A stretch of DNA of 64,000 nucleotides from NCBI RefSeq assembly GCF_011386835.1, contig NC_088806.1:27156001-27220000 (forward strand), written 5' to 3'. The translations under genes and the position numbers were made by a program. The notes below the pieces were generated by a model. That model was not told the origin of the DNA, did not search any database, and worked only from the letters and a program-made list of their open reading frames with translations. The stretch comes from Chrysemys picta bellii. Taxonomy: Eukaryota. Below, piece by piece: positions 1 through 22,611 of this stretch; position 1 is the first letter of the stretch, and every line of letters starts with the position of its first letter.

Positions 1-960
1 TGAGAAGTCACCTGGGTTGCCTTTTCTCTTTTCTCTAAAGCTGCAATTCGTGCGGCAGCCTCCATGTCACCAGCCTAATGCATGCAAAACATGCCTCACC
101 CGCCACCTCCCAAAGCCCCTATAGGCACCTTCCCCTCCACTGCAGCAGTCAATTTATTCAGGCTCTAGCGGACCAGAGATCTGCTTGGGTGTAAAGAGCT
201 CAAAGTGATGGCTGTAGATTCGTTAAGCCAGAAAGCCCTTATGATTGAGAGGGTCTCACTGTGTAAACCTTCCCCTGCCTAGGCCTTTGGCATAGACACA
301 CCTGTATTGCAGGAATGGGGAGGGTAATGGTGCAGTCAGAAAGAGAGATGCACGTATTAACAAAGAGAAACCCACCACGCGCACAGACACCTCCCTAGTC
401 TATGTAATATGGGCAGAAGGGCAGGTGACTGGGTCTGTTGCGCCTTTCTGAGTTAATAGGGCTGAGCCGACATGACCTCTTGTCCTGTAGGTGTCAGTCA
501 ATTATTGATCCCCCTTTTCTGTCAGTGAAGACAAGCAGAATGATAATCACTTATACTGAGCTGCTAGAAGGGGTGTCACTCATGGGATGATTCTCCTAGA
601 ATGGGCTGGAATTCTCCAGTCACTACAAAGACAGCAGGCAAAATATCTGTAGTGCAGGTGGTGTGCTGTATGCACTGTGTGCATTGGGCTGTGTCTCATC
701 ATCCCCTAGGGTGGCAGTAGGGTGGCCCTTCAGGCTAACATTGTAATACTCACCTTGCAGTGCATTGTCGTCCTGTAAGAGGGCAAGATCCTGCCCTTGT
801 GGGGGGATGGACTTCATCATCTAATAGGTCTTTCCCATCTCTGGGTCTCTACCCCTGTGCTGAAATGATGCTGAGAATGCCTCTAGGGGAACAGGGTGGG
901 AAAGAAAACTGTGCTCTCCCTTGGCTGCAGTGACAGTACTTTGTGTTTCTCTCTTTGCAG

Positions 961-2720
961 AATTGCCTCATTCTCACAGCACACCCACTATGAGCAGCAG
1001 TGCCTGCACCAAAGTGCTCTACTTCACTGATCGCTCACTCACACCTTTCATGGTCAATATACCAAAGAGGTGAGCCCTGGCTTTGCCACACTAATAGAGT
1101 TTGGTTCACTGAAAGCGCTGATCTAATCCATGGTACTTCTATCCACCAAAACATGCTCTCCATCCCTTAAATCCGGCTTTTGACTGTATTTCATTGCAAA
1201 GAGGAAGTCGTGACAAGAAAGCAGACCCACAACATGTGTATTTTTCACTTTAGGCCTGACCAGATTTCCCAGCTGATACATATATAATTAGCTTATTTAT
1301 TTAAAGCCCCAGAAGATTGATCTCTGGTTTTATGAGTGGGCAGCAGCCAGACAGATTTACTCTTACTCCAGCACAACACAAACCATTTAGTGCAAGACTC
1401 TCCATCTGAAATAGCAGCTATTGTAGTCAGTGCAAAAAAGAAACATAAAAGAGTTGCTTTGGATTTGTTTTCAGTAAATAACAGACACTATTCTATCTGT
1501 GATCAGATGCTTTGGGTTGTACCAGGTATTTTCCAGGCACTCTGGCTCACCTCAGTGTGCTGCTGTCCATAGTGCCACATGGTATCCATGCTGGTGCTAG
1601 TGTTCAGTGTGCCCTATTACAAGCTGTGTCCAAGCACTTGATCTCAATCCCATGGCAGAATCTGCCAGCGAGGATAGCTCTTAACTCCTGTTTTGCAGGT
1701 TAGGTGAGGTGACTCTGAAGGACTTCAAGGCAGCTATCGATCGGGAAGGAACCCACCGGTACCATTTCAAAGCCCTAGATCCAGAATTTGGCACAGTCAA
1801 GGAGGAGGTATTTTTGACCTCTTTAGTAGCAGCTCTATCATAATCTAAGTTTGTGTGTGGTGTCTCAGCACCAGCAACAGCCTGGAAATTTCTGATACAT
1901 TCACTTTCCATGTGAGCAAAATCTCTAACTTGCTACAGAGCTACAGTTTAAGGGATGACAGCCTCCAAGTAAGGAGCCAAAAAGGGACATCTTCAGTCCC
2001 ACCCAGAGCACTGACTTTAGTGTGATCACAAAGGTGCACAAGTGGTGGATGGTGATTTGCAGGGTCCCTCCTTCACTGTGCCAGCTGCTCCTATGGACAC
2101 TTCCTATGGCAGCACCATTTGGGAGATGCAGATTCCAAGTCATACCTCTAAAACGGGGTGGGGAACCTTTTTTCTATCAGGGGCCGTTGACCCACAGAAA
2201 AAAAACAGTCACAGAAAAAAACACTTCCTTCTCCCCACAGTAACCCTAAATGATGCCCTTCCCCCAAAAAACTTTTGTTAAGACACATCAGTGCCAGTTT
2301 CTCCAGAGATGGTCTAATATTCTGAGCACTGGAGTTCCCAAGCTTTAATCCGGCTCTGATACTGCCTCCCTGTGTGACCTTGGGCTAATCATGACCCCTC
2401 TCTGTATCTCACTTTGTCTGTCAGAAAAATGGGGATAATAATCCTTGTTTTTTCTCTATGGGGGAGGAATAGGCAGCCATACTGTTGTTTTTAAAGCATG
2501 TTGGGAACTTAACGTGCTATGTAAGTGCCAGTTATTTTTATTATTTGGTTTAATTCCTCCATCTCTCGTGCCGCTCAGATGTAACAAAGCGGTGTCCATC
2601 CTCCGGAAGTGACCTGATTCTCTCTCTGCCCTTTTATAGGTGTTCCATGATGATGACATCATTCCTGGTTGGGAGGGGAAAATCGTAGCCTGGGTGGAAG
2701 AGGATCATGGGGAAAATTAA
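961..2720 (+). CDS. DIXDC1: DIX domain-containing protein 1 (Dixin), last three coding exons; 5' part lies outside the window
   Basis: Exons 961-1069, 1699-1807 and 2640-2720 have AG/GT boundaries and join in frame to [98 protein letters not shown]. This is the C-terminal DIX domain of DIXDC1. Stop TAA at 2718-2720. Confidence 0.95.
2320..2545 (+). mobile_element. MIR/CORE-type SINE remnant
   Basis: CORE-like motif ctgtgtgaccttgggc...ctctctgtatctc...aaaatggggataata with a gtaagtgc...ttatt tail. Confidence 0.55.
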
Positions 2721-3916
2721 TCAGACTCTTGGGTCTTGTTATTGTGGGAACCTGTAACGCTGCAATGCTCAGAGATGATGACCAAAAAGAGTGTGAGCTG
2801 GGACATGTCCAATTCAAGCTGCCAAAAGAGAGGACTTCTCTGCAACCAATGGGTAAAACACTTTTTTGTGTGCGAGGATGCCTGGCATTTAACTTTCCCT
2901 GGCCAAATGCAGACAGTGTTGTGAGACTGAAATTACAGGTTGGTGGGAAAGAATCATCTTGCTTTGTCCTGTCAACAAAACCCTGGAGGCCTTATTGATG
3001 TGTTTCTCCATTCTCCTGGTTCCCCCACCCCGTGAAATGCCTGCTGCTGTTTGTAAACTGCACATTTCAACTCTGATTTGACACATTCAGTATTATATGA
3101 ACCTGCAGTGATCCCTGAAACAATAAGTTCTGCCCTCATGGACCAGAAGATGCTGCTAGATTCTAGTTTTTACCAGAAGATCTGACCAACCAAAATCCAC
3201 GCCCAGAGAATTTGTGCTGAAGAGGCAGAGCTCCCTCCAGTGAACTTTGCAAGCTCTTGATACCAAGAGCACCAGGAACCTGACAGTGAAAGAAGCTTGT
3301 GGACTGTGCTAAGCACTACCAAAGCAAAGACCACCAGGTTGGCAACGTTGTCTTTCTTCCCAAATGCAGGCTTCCATTTCCTAGACTTGCTTCTGCTGTT
3401 TGCTCTCCAACTTGCAATCAGGTCTGAGCTCTGTTGCCCTGGGAAGTTGGAACTCTTTGGTAACCAGGTGCTTACTTAACTGCCAATGGATTTTTATTTT
3501 GGGGAAGGGAGCAGGAAACTTCCTAGCTTCCCCGCAGGTGATAAGGTACTTTTGCTTCTTCTTTTGCCAGCCCTTTCTCTACAGCCATTACCATCCCTGC
3601 CCTTTCCATACATCCAGCAAGGCCAACAGAAAATCTTAATCTACTCTCCCAGGAAACAAGCAGGAATGTTTCTTCAGGGATGAAGTGACAGAGTCTGTTC
3701 TATTGGTGCATCTGTATTCCTTCTTCCAACTTTCTCTGTGCAGGCATCACCATGTACTTGATGTTCACTGACTGACAAGGCCATTAAGCAAATAACCAAA
3801 CTGGTAGGATAGATATTGTGAGCAGCAGTACCCCAATTCCCAGCATGCTTTCGTCTCTGGCACCTAATGGAGTAGAAAACGGTCAGTTGGGAGAGCATGT
3901 GCTATGAGATCCATTA

Positions 3917-4173
3917 GGGTGTGTCTGCACTGCAATAAAACATCCATGGCTGGCCCATGTCAGCTGACTTGAGCTCATGAGGCTATAAATTTGCAGGATA
4001 GATGTTCAAGTTGGGCTGGGGCTTTGGGACCCTGCAATGCGGGAAGGTCCCAGAATCCAGGCACCAGCCCGAGCCCAAACGTCTACACTGCAATTTTATA
4101 GCCCTGCAGCCCGAGCTCAAGTCAGCTGATACAAGCCAACCGTGGTTTTCTTTCTTGCAGTGTAGACATACAC
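3917..4173. mobile_element. PIF/Harbinger-type MITE in the DIXDC1 3' UTR
   Basis: 19-bp TIRs gggtgtgtctgcactgcaa / ttgcagtgtagacatacac (3 mismatches); TTA target-site duplication at 3914-3916 and 4174-4176; internally palindromic. Confidence 0.8.
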
Positions 4174-5579
4174 TTAGGGACCCAGGTTTTCTCACTGCAG
4201 TGCCAGGCCCTGCTGTTACTGTCAGGCAGCCAGACTTCTGCAAAGCTGGCCACAGTTTGCAGCAGACAGGCACTGTTGACTGAAAAGGTCAGTGAGTCAA
4301 GCCTCGGTCTGTTCATCTTTGGTACACGTGCCCCATCAGTGGACTGCCTGCTTGTCTGAGTTGTGCGGGTGAGGCTGGGAGAACTTGGTTTTATTATTTT
4401 ATATTAACGTGACCTTTTATAAACTTGTTCCTGTTTTTTGGAATTATTTTGTACCAGTTTACATCATTGTCTGAGGTGTATATTTTTATACCAGTGCAAG
4501 TGCTTTCTGTATATTTCCACAATACTGTGCTGTAGTTGACTCATTTTCTAGAGAATGTCAATATGTTTTATACAGTCTCCTGTTAACACCATGCAAAGTG
4601 GGGTCCATGACTAGCTTTATTTTACTACAAAGTACAACTACTTCCTACTGTTTTTATATTTTGCCAGCTGTTTCTTGTATAGACAGGAATTACGTGTAGT
4701 TTGTCTTGTCACTCCCTCTGTTGCAGGAGGAGCTCAAATACCTTTCTGGCCCCATTCCTGCACTGGTAGAACACGTGTTGGCTGTTAGGCCAGTATTGAT
4801 CAGTTCCATTTCATCGGCGGATTTATACGCACTCTTTCTCTTCACAAACAGCCGTCGAAACATCAGCATTTGGGAAAGTTCTTCAATGGGAGAAAAGCAG
4901 TATCAGTCCTGAAAAGAAACAGAAGTTCTCTTCCTCCCTGGAAATCACTGGTTTCTCTGTTGCATGTGTTTTAGTGCGTTGCTATAAGACAGCATGGGGT
5001 TATCATACTAAAATGCATTGTTGTATTTCAGTTGCAATTTATCTTGAATGTCTTTTAATTCAAGTTTTACTAGTCTGCTTAATTTCAGTCAGAGTTGTGC
5101 GCTTTAGGTAGGACTTATCCGTTTTATGGAAACAATTAAAACAGTAATTTTTCAAAGGCCTCCATGTATCCGTCCTGTATCCCTCTCTGCTTTTAAGAGA
5201 TGAGCAGTGTTTAAGAGTTGTCTTTGGTGACTCAATGGCTGAGGTAATTGCTAATGCGATAGAACTTCTCACCTGTAGGTCATAGGTTTCAGTCCAGTCT
5301 CACTCAGTAATGACCCTGGTCATCACCCCAGCAATGGCTGGTTGATGGCCTAGGTGGAATGAGTTGGGAATCTGTCCTGTTCCTAGTGGTTCCACATCCC
5401 CACAACCACTGTCACCATTGAAACGCCTGTTGGCAGTCTCAGCAGAGGGGCCAAGGACTGAATCAGCCCTGGAGCCACTTACTGTCTTGTGTTCCCTTCA
5501 GGGCCGGAGCGAAGTACATTTGGAGGAGGCACAGAGAAGGAAACTTGCATTGCCACTGCCCATGCGTATTCTGGGGATA

Positions 5580-5637
5580 AAGATTTCATTCTGTAGCACT
5601 ATCAGCCAAAGATTTCATTCTGTAGCACTATCAGCCA
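5580..5637. repeat. Perfect 29-bp tandem duplication
   Basis: aagatttcattctgtagcactatcagcca occurs twice head-to-tail (5580-5608, 5609-5637). Confidence 0.9.
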
Positions 5638-6054
5638 AGCACCCTTCATCAGTGCTAAAACCACATACAAACTAGAACAGAAACCTTGTTCTCTCTGTGA
5701 TAATTACTGTACTGAGCTCAAACCCTTGAAAAGTATTGGCAGCACTCTGCCCTCGGATACTCCCACAGAAATCATTGGGACTTGTGTGACAGAGCCTGAG
5801 GACAGAACTATTAGTACTTCTAACATTAAAATTGAAGGCCATGGCCATGCCTTGTTCTCCTCCTGGGATTGCTCCCCTAGGCTCTAACACATGCACAATT
5901 CAGGTTCAGCTTTGTTCCTGCAATGACATGGCAGTTTTCTCTTGACTTCCTGTCATTGTATGAATGAGCAGAAAGGAGTATGGGTTAGGTCAGGGAAAGT
6001 TATTCACAAAATAAAGGGGGACAAGACAATCCCGGAAAAGAGTAGGTACACACG

Positions 6055-6163
6055 GGGCCAGATTCTCCTTTCACTTATACCAGTTTTACTCTAGTCTAAC
6101 ACCATTGGCTTAAATGGATTTACTCCTGATTTAGAGCAGGGCATATGGGATCAGAATCCGGCC
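6055..6163. mobile_element. Short palindromic non-autonomous DNA-transposon-like repeat
   Basis: Ends gggccagattct / agaatccggcc are imperfect inverted repeats about 110 bp apart. Related fragments occur at about 7260-7345 and 24960-25050. Confidence 0.45.
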
Positions 6164-6464
6164 TTGGACTTGGTTTAAATGTTTTCTTTTGATTCTATAA
6201 ATGTTTATTTCTGCCCTACTTTCTTCAAAGCTACTTTCTGGTTTCCTTATAATTGTAACTTGATTATTTAACACACATGCTATATGTAAAGTTATATTTT
6301 CCTAGAAACTCTAAAGTTTGCATTCATCACTTTTTAAAAGGACAGTTACTCTCAATCTCCAGGTCCTCCAACAGAGTGAGAAGTGAGGTTTATCTGTACA
6401 TCTAAGAGCTGTATATATCTGACTGGATGTACTTTGGATTTGTGGACCAAGAAAAAATCATCTC

Positions 6465-6470
6465 AATAAA
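6465..6470 (+). terminator. Candidate distal poly(A) signal of DIXDC1 (about 3.7 kb 3' UTR)
   Basis: AATAAA at 6465-6470 followed by T/G-rich sequence. Its use is inferred, not shown. Confidence 0.4.
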
Positions 6471-8041
6471 CTGTAGTTTGCAAATGGAGTCTGATCAATC
6501 CATTTGGGTGGGGAGGGAGGTTCCTTTGAACTGAAGCTTCTAATACGTTGACAGGCATGCAATGCTCATGTGTATGGGTGTGCTGGCTAGGTAGTAGGAA
6601 CAGAATACACAGCAGAGGACACCATCTTGCACTGGAATTGAGTAAAGGGACTGTTCCATTTGGCTTCCAAAATCTTCAAAGACACCAGGAAAGCTCAGAG
6701 ACTGAACCTCACTTTGAAGAGAAGATTTGGATCCATGCACATTAAACAGCAAACAGCTCTGGGCTGGTCAATTGCTTGCAAGATTTGTATTTATTTTTAA
6801 ATACAAGTGAGCTTTTGAGATATTTTAAAACTACAACTAACCCCTGACCCAGACCATACTGCTCATATAATTTAAAATGAAATGCAATAGCTTTTGGGCT
6901 CAGTTAACTCAGATTTATGAGCAAATATCACTGCAGCCACAGACTCTCATGTTTATGCATTCAGGTGCAGTGGCTGGGTTTGCTGATGGTGATGGCACAG
7001 TAGAGGCAAGTCCTGTGTGCTGAAAACAGCTCTTGCTAAATCATTTAAAAACCCTGAAGCAGTAGTGATAAGGACAAGAATACTTTGCATATATATAATA
7101 CCTGCCAACCAAGGTTTCAAAGCACTTTATAGATGTTAATGAAGCCTCTCAATCCTCGTGGGGAAATGTCAGTATTGCTAAGGATAGCTGATGGGTTGGA
7201 ACATTTTACTGATGGGGAAACTGAGGCAAAGAGACACCCTGAACATGACAAATTAAGACCCTGATTCTGAAACCTGTGTCTGAGCCCCACTGAAGTCAAT
7301 CATGCTCTGTATGATCTTGGGAGTTCAGATGCAGAAATTGGGGCCTATAGCTCAATTAATTCTGGGACACAGATGTATGTTAAGGGAGTCTCAAACCTGG
7401 CACTATTTCTGGGGTCGAGGGGCCTGCGGCTGTGGGCCTAACCGGAATTGACATACAGGTTTGGCTGTGCTCTAAAGCCTATTTTCCCAGCTGGGGAACA
7501 GCCTCGTGCCTCACTTGGAAGGTGATGACAAGGCCCAGCTTCTGTACCACGTAACTCCCTCCCACTTAGGGCATTCTGTGGGTCCGCATGAGTTTAAATC
7601 AGTGTGGCATTTTCCCTTCATCGATTCATACAAGAATCACAACATCTGCCTGTGTGCCATCATAAAGGGAGTTCCATTCCCCCGACGGACAGCACAACGG
7701 CAACTTCGAGGTGCTGGGGTGACAGCTGCAGGAGGATGCACTGAACGTAATCTGGGTTTGGTATTTACCTGCCTGTGTTTAACTTTCCACTTCCCCAGTG
7801 CCCATCTCGGCACCAGGGCCTCTAACAGGTATGGGAATTAACAGCACAGAAGAGGGTGTGGGGCTAGAGACCCCCAAGTCCCTGTGATTCCTCCCTGCCC
7901 CTAATCCCCCCATCCAATCCTTTGTTCTCCTATCCCACGCACCCTATCCCCCTGCTCTCTATCCAATTACCCCCCCAATCCGCACCTAATGCCCCCACTC
8001 CCCTATAATACAACCCCAGACTCCCATGTTCCAAAGACCCA

Positions 8042-8895
8042 GTGGTTCCCCATCCACTCCCCAACCTACCCCTGGACCTCCCCTGCTCCCCCATCCATCC
8101 CCACCCTACTCCTAGGGACCCCTGCTCCCCCATCCTGTCCCCAGGTCCCCCATCCATCCTCACCCTACCCCTAGGGACCCCTGTTCCCCTCCTGCCCCCA
8201 GACCTCCCCTGCTCCCCCATCCATCCTCACCCTATCCCTATGGACCCCTGTTCCCCTCCTGCCCCCAGGTTCCCCTGTTCCCCCATCCATCCCCACGCTA
8301 CCACTAGGGCCCCCTGCTCCCCCATCCTGCCCCCAGACCTCCCCTGCTCCCCCATCCATCCTCACCCTATCCCTATGGACCCCTGTTCCCCTCCTGCTCC
8401 CAGACCTCCCCTGCTCCCCCATCCATCCCCACCCTATCCCTATGGATCCCTGTTCCCCTCCTGCCCCCATGTCCCCCTGCTCCCCCATCCATCCCCACCC
8501 TATCCCTATGGATCCCTGTTCCCCTCCTGCCCCCATGTCCCCCTGCTCTCCCATCCATCCTCACCCTACCCCTATGGACCCCTGTTCCCCTCCTGTCTCC
8601 ATGTCCCCCTGCTCCCCCATCCATCCCCACCCTACCCCTAGGGTCCCCTGCTCCCCCATCCTGCCCCCAGACCTCCCCTGCTCCCCCATCCATCCTCACC
8701 CTACCCCTAGGGTCCCCTGCTCCCCCATCCTGCCCCCAGACCTCCCCTGCTCCCCCATCCATCCCCACCCTACCCCTAGGGTCCCCTGTTCCCATCCTGC
8801 CCCCAGACCTCCCCTGCTCCCCCATCCATCCCCACCCTACCCCTAGGGTCCCCTGCTCCCCCATCCATCCCCACCCTACCCCTGAGGATCCCTTC
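8042..8895. repeat. C-rich (+)/G-rich (-) minisatellite just upstream of the DLAT promoter
   Basis: About 13 imperfect copies of a 63-67 bp unit such as cccccagacctcccctgctcccccatccatcctcaccctatccctatggacccctgttcccctcctg, with shorter variants. Confidence 0.9.
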
Positions 8896-9133
8896 TCCCC
8901 CACCTTGCTCCCATGTCCACCCCCAGATCTCTCGCCCTATCTCTCCTGGGCGCTGTCCCCGGAACCAGCCCCTCGCTCCGGCTGCTGCCCCGCCCCTAGC
9001 TTCCCTCTCTGCTTTGTGGCTCTTCGCGACACTGTCGCAGCCGCTGCTGCCGTAAAGCGCAGTGGGCGCCCGCAGTCCGGAGGGGAGCGAGGTCATTGCC
9101 GGAGCCGCTGGCGGGGCCCGGCTTCACAGCAGC

Positions 9134-19150
<10,017 letters not shown>

Positions 19151-21224
19151 TCGAACCAAACAACCAAGACTTTCCTAGGTCACATTGTTCTGTTCTAATC
19201 AAGCTATTTATATTTCAGTGATTAGACTCTATTAAACAAATTTTCCTTTTTTATTTTAAATATGTATATTAACTGGTAATTTTTACCAGTCTGTACAGAT
19301 AAATAGTTTGCAGAAGGCTTTACAGAGCAATATACAGTTATACTGTATTTTATACAGTTAATGAATTTGCCAATGTTTCTCAAAAAAAGTCAAGTGTTTT
19401 AGATTTAAAATCATGTGAACACTCCTGAATTGGGGCGGGGAGCATACACAGATATATCATCTCTTGTGTTCTCAGAAATAAGAGAACCAGACTGTAAACA
19501 TCTGTGCAAAAGAATTTGTAAGGCTAGTTTTTTTTTTTAAGTGAACCCTAAGTGGTCTGTTCTCCTGCTAGTATTAGTGCGAGTGACAGGCACACACTGA
19601 GAGGAGGAATATTTTTTCATAGGACAAAGGGTTCACATTCCAATTCCTCCTTGAAATTCAACACTAGCTCAGATTTTCACAGCTACGTGATCTCTTTTAG
19701 AGGACTTTAAAAAAAAAGGGGGGGGGGCAAGAGAGAAGTTACACTAATCAGGCTATCAAAACAATAAATCAAATATCTTCTAATTGCCAGAGAACATGCC
19801 CTATCCTTGTGGATTTTCACGTGTGTATTTTTGTATGAAATTATCTTAAATGGCTGCTTTCCCTCTTGCAATGTTAACAATACACCCTATTGCAATGGAA
19901 ATGTTCTGCAGAACAGTCAGGAGAATTTCTTGCTATGTGTGTTGATACCCATTATTAGCATGTGTAATTTGGCCATTGGAATTCCATCCCTGGAAATCAT
20001 TTCTGTGATGACTTGGATGCTTGAAAATTGGTTTTTCAGACATTCTTGACATAGGAATCTCTGACATGAGTTGAGGTCATTGATATCACAATTCTTCGAT
20101 GAAATGTCTTTACTGTCCCAGCCTTTGTGCTGTCCCATGTATATAATGTATGTAAAATGCTTTAAATGGTTTTCTATTGGACTTGTACCCAAATACACTA
20201 AAAATTGTGTCCTACAGTGCGGGGATACATTGGTGGCCACTCCCAATATTCCACTTTCCAAAGGGAAATGTTAACTTAAAAAGGATCATGTAGTTGATCA
20301 GTGACCAGGAGAGCTTGGTAGGAACAAAAGGTTAAATAAATTCTATATAGAAACTTATTCTGTACCCTATACATTGCATTAAGTATTGTCTCTTGTAAAG
20401 TTGTGCTACAGAATCCACTAAAGGTAATACTGAAAAAATATACTGTGGAGATGAAATATTTTTGTGAGAACTATTTAACGTTTTACTTGGTGGGTTGCAG
20501 TTATGCCTAACTTTGATGGTTGGGTAAGAAGAAAAGTTGTTGCACTTAAGTTTAAAAATGTTCTAATTCTCTCAGTTCCAGATTCTCTAGTGAGTCCATG
20601 TGTTCTATTAAACCTTTGGAATTGTTAGACAAATAAAAATTGTCCCAGTGCTTTTTCTGTTTAGTAGTGGGTGCTGCTCACCTCACTGCTAGTGCACAGT
20701 CTATCCAAGTTGTCAGCCCGTTTCGTTGGGCAAATGCAACTTACCCTATTAACCTTAAGATTTCCAGCCATAAGTGATTCAGTAACATCTTTGTTAAGCC
20801 ACCATCATGCAGCACTGGACTTGGATGATTTATGTTTCTGACTCCACTGTGTACTTAGAATTCTGGTTAAGGAAATCCTGGACACTCTTGTTATCCCATC
20901 CCCATAATAACCTGAAAATTAATCAAAACAGGAACTACCTTGTGCCAAAGGACCACTGTCTTATTGAGAGCCTGACTGGGGAACAGGTTGCAGAACAGCA
21001 GAATGATCCTTTGTTTGTAGTTGGCTGTGTGTTGCAGTGCCCTGTTGCATGCTATACACTCCAACTAGGGCACCTCACGTACATGAACACTTTTCAGTCT
21101 GACCTATAACTATAGAAAGACAGTCTTTAAATGCAATCCTTGTGACTGTTTCAGAACAAAAATGGAGGAAAACTAAGAATTGTGGCTCATGAGTAAATTA
21201 GTCTGTTAAAATTTAATAATAATA

Positions 21225-21409
21225 TATAGAGATATCCTATCTCCTAGAACTGGAAGGGACCTTGAAAAGTCATCGAGTCCAGCCCTTTGCCTTCACTAGC
21301 AGGACCAAGTACTGATTTTGCCCCAGGTCCCTAAGTGGCCCCCTCAAGGATTGAATTCACAACCCTGGGTTTAGCAGGCCAATGCTCAAACCATTGAGCT
21401 ATCCCTCCC
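21225..21409 (-). mobile_element. Tortoise Pol III/SINE-type element (tRNA-derived head, CR1-derived tail)
   Basis: Minus strand begins gggagggatagctcaatggtttgagcattggcctgctaaacccagggttgtgaattcaatccttgagggggcca (A and B boxes) and ends ggactcgatgacttttcaaggtcccttccagttctaggagatagg (CR1 3' end). Confidence 0.85.
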
Positions 21410-22611
21410 CATAAAATACAATTATACATTTCTAACCTGTCTGTTCTAATTTCTGATCTATTTTAAAACATGGTTATTCCTTTGCCATATTGTTATATGA
21501 TGTAATGGAGGAGAGTAATGTAAAGCTAAAGTGGGTACAGCCTGGCATAAAAGGGGTGAGTACATTGTGATATCAAATTACTTACCAAAAAGGCATCATG
21601 AAATTGATGCTTTATTTCCTCGCTTCCAGTCTGAAAAATAATTCCATATTCGAAAGAATATGATCATTATTGCCTTTGTAAGACAACTTGACTGCTGGCC
21701 TACCTTGTCCAACCTCTGAAGTACTCATTTTTAATGTTATCTCACCTGCATTGGCTTGTTTTCTTCATGAATGCTAGCTGGCACCACAGACATATAGCAC
21801 TTGGGAAGTGTTTATAGTAGAGAAACCCTTTTGGTAGATACCTTCATTCATAGGGTTCTTGAGCTTTCATATTCATTATGTAAATAGTCTTTGAATTGGC
21901 AGACTAGTTCTAGAGCACTATTGTTATGTTGCCTAGTTCTGCTGAGATTGCACTACCATTGCATTGGTGGGTTAAGGCTAACTCTTAGTGCACAGCTGCC
22001 CTCAGTAGTATCAGCAGAGGAGCCAGTGACTGAATTGGCTTTGGAGACTGCTCATCTCACCTTTTAAAGGTAACCCCTACAGCTCTATTTGAAAGAGAAG
22101 CCAGGTTGGGGGAGAGCTTGCACTGTTACATGTCATGCATCATCAATGTCACCATCTTTCACCAGAATTAAATCCTCTATTTAAAAAGAAACAGTTTGCT
22201 AACACCGGATAAGAGTTTTTTCAGCAGAGTAAAACCAGAAAGGAAAACACAATTTCTTCAAAGTTTATCACCCTTTATTGCTCTACTGATTGACAAACTG
22301 GACATGGTAGTAAAGTTTATGATGTAGAATCGTGTTAGAGATAAAATGATCTAAGTAACCCTTAAATGCTTACAACTTGTATTAAGAATTCCTTCCTACT
22401 CTATATACTGTACACTTCCTCTCTATAAACTTCATCACCCTCTGTTCTCTAAAGGAAATTGTGTGCACAGACAGCAAAACAGATACTTAGAATAACACAG
22501 ATACTGATTTCTACATATTGGTAAGATCTTTACCATTAACCTTTCTTTTAATCTTTAAGAGTGACACATACCCACTAACTGTGTGAGAACCTGCTGTCCC
22601 TAACATTTTCT

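Noticed and set aside
1-960. Further DIXDC1 coding exons
   Set aside because: No segment with splice sites and DIXDC1-like translation was recognised; treated as intron.
8042-8895. CRISPR-like array (same consideration for 26386-27288)
   Set aside because: Units are contiguous and degenerate, without unique spacers, and the context is a vertebrate intron-exon locus.
7930-8903. Pro/Cys-rich and Gly-rich ORFs
   Set aside because: Minisatellite artefacts with no domain-like content.
9090-9095. AGGTCA half-site in the DLAT promoter
   Set aside because: Context GCGAGGTCA does not fit TNAAGGTCA; a lone hexamer is not significant.
9062-9133. In-frame upstream GTG extension of DLAT
   Set aside because: The known protein starts at MWRV; an open frame here is expected in a GC-rich 5' region, and an extension would mask the mitochondrial leader.
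21340-21409. tRNA gene
   Set aside because: The tRNA-like head runs straight into a CR1-derived tail, so it is a SINE.
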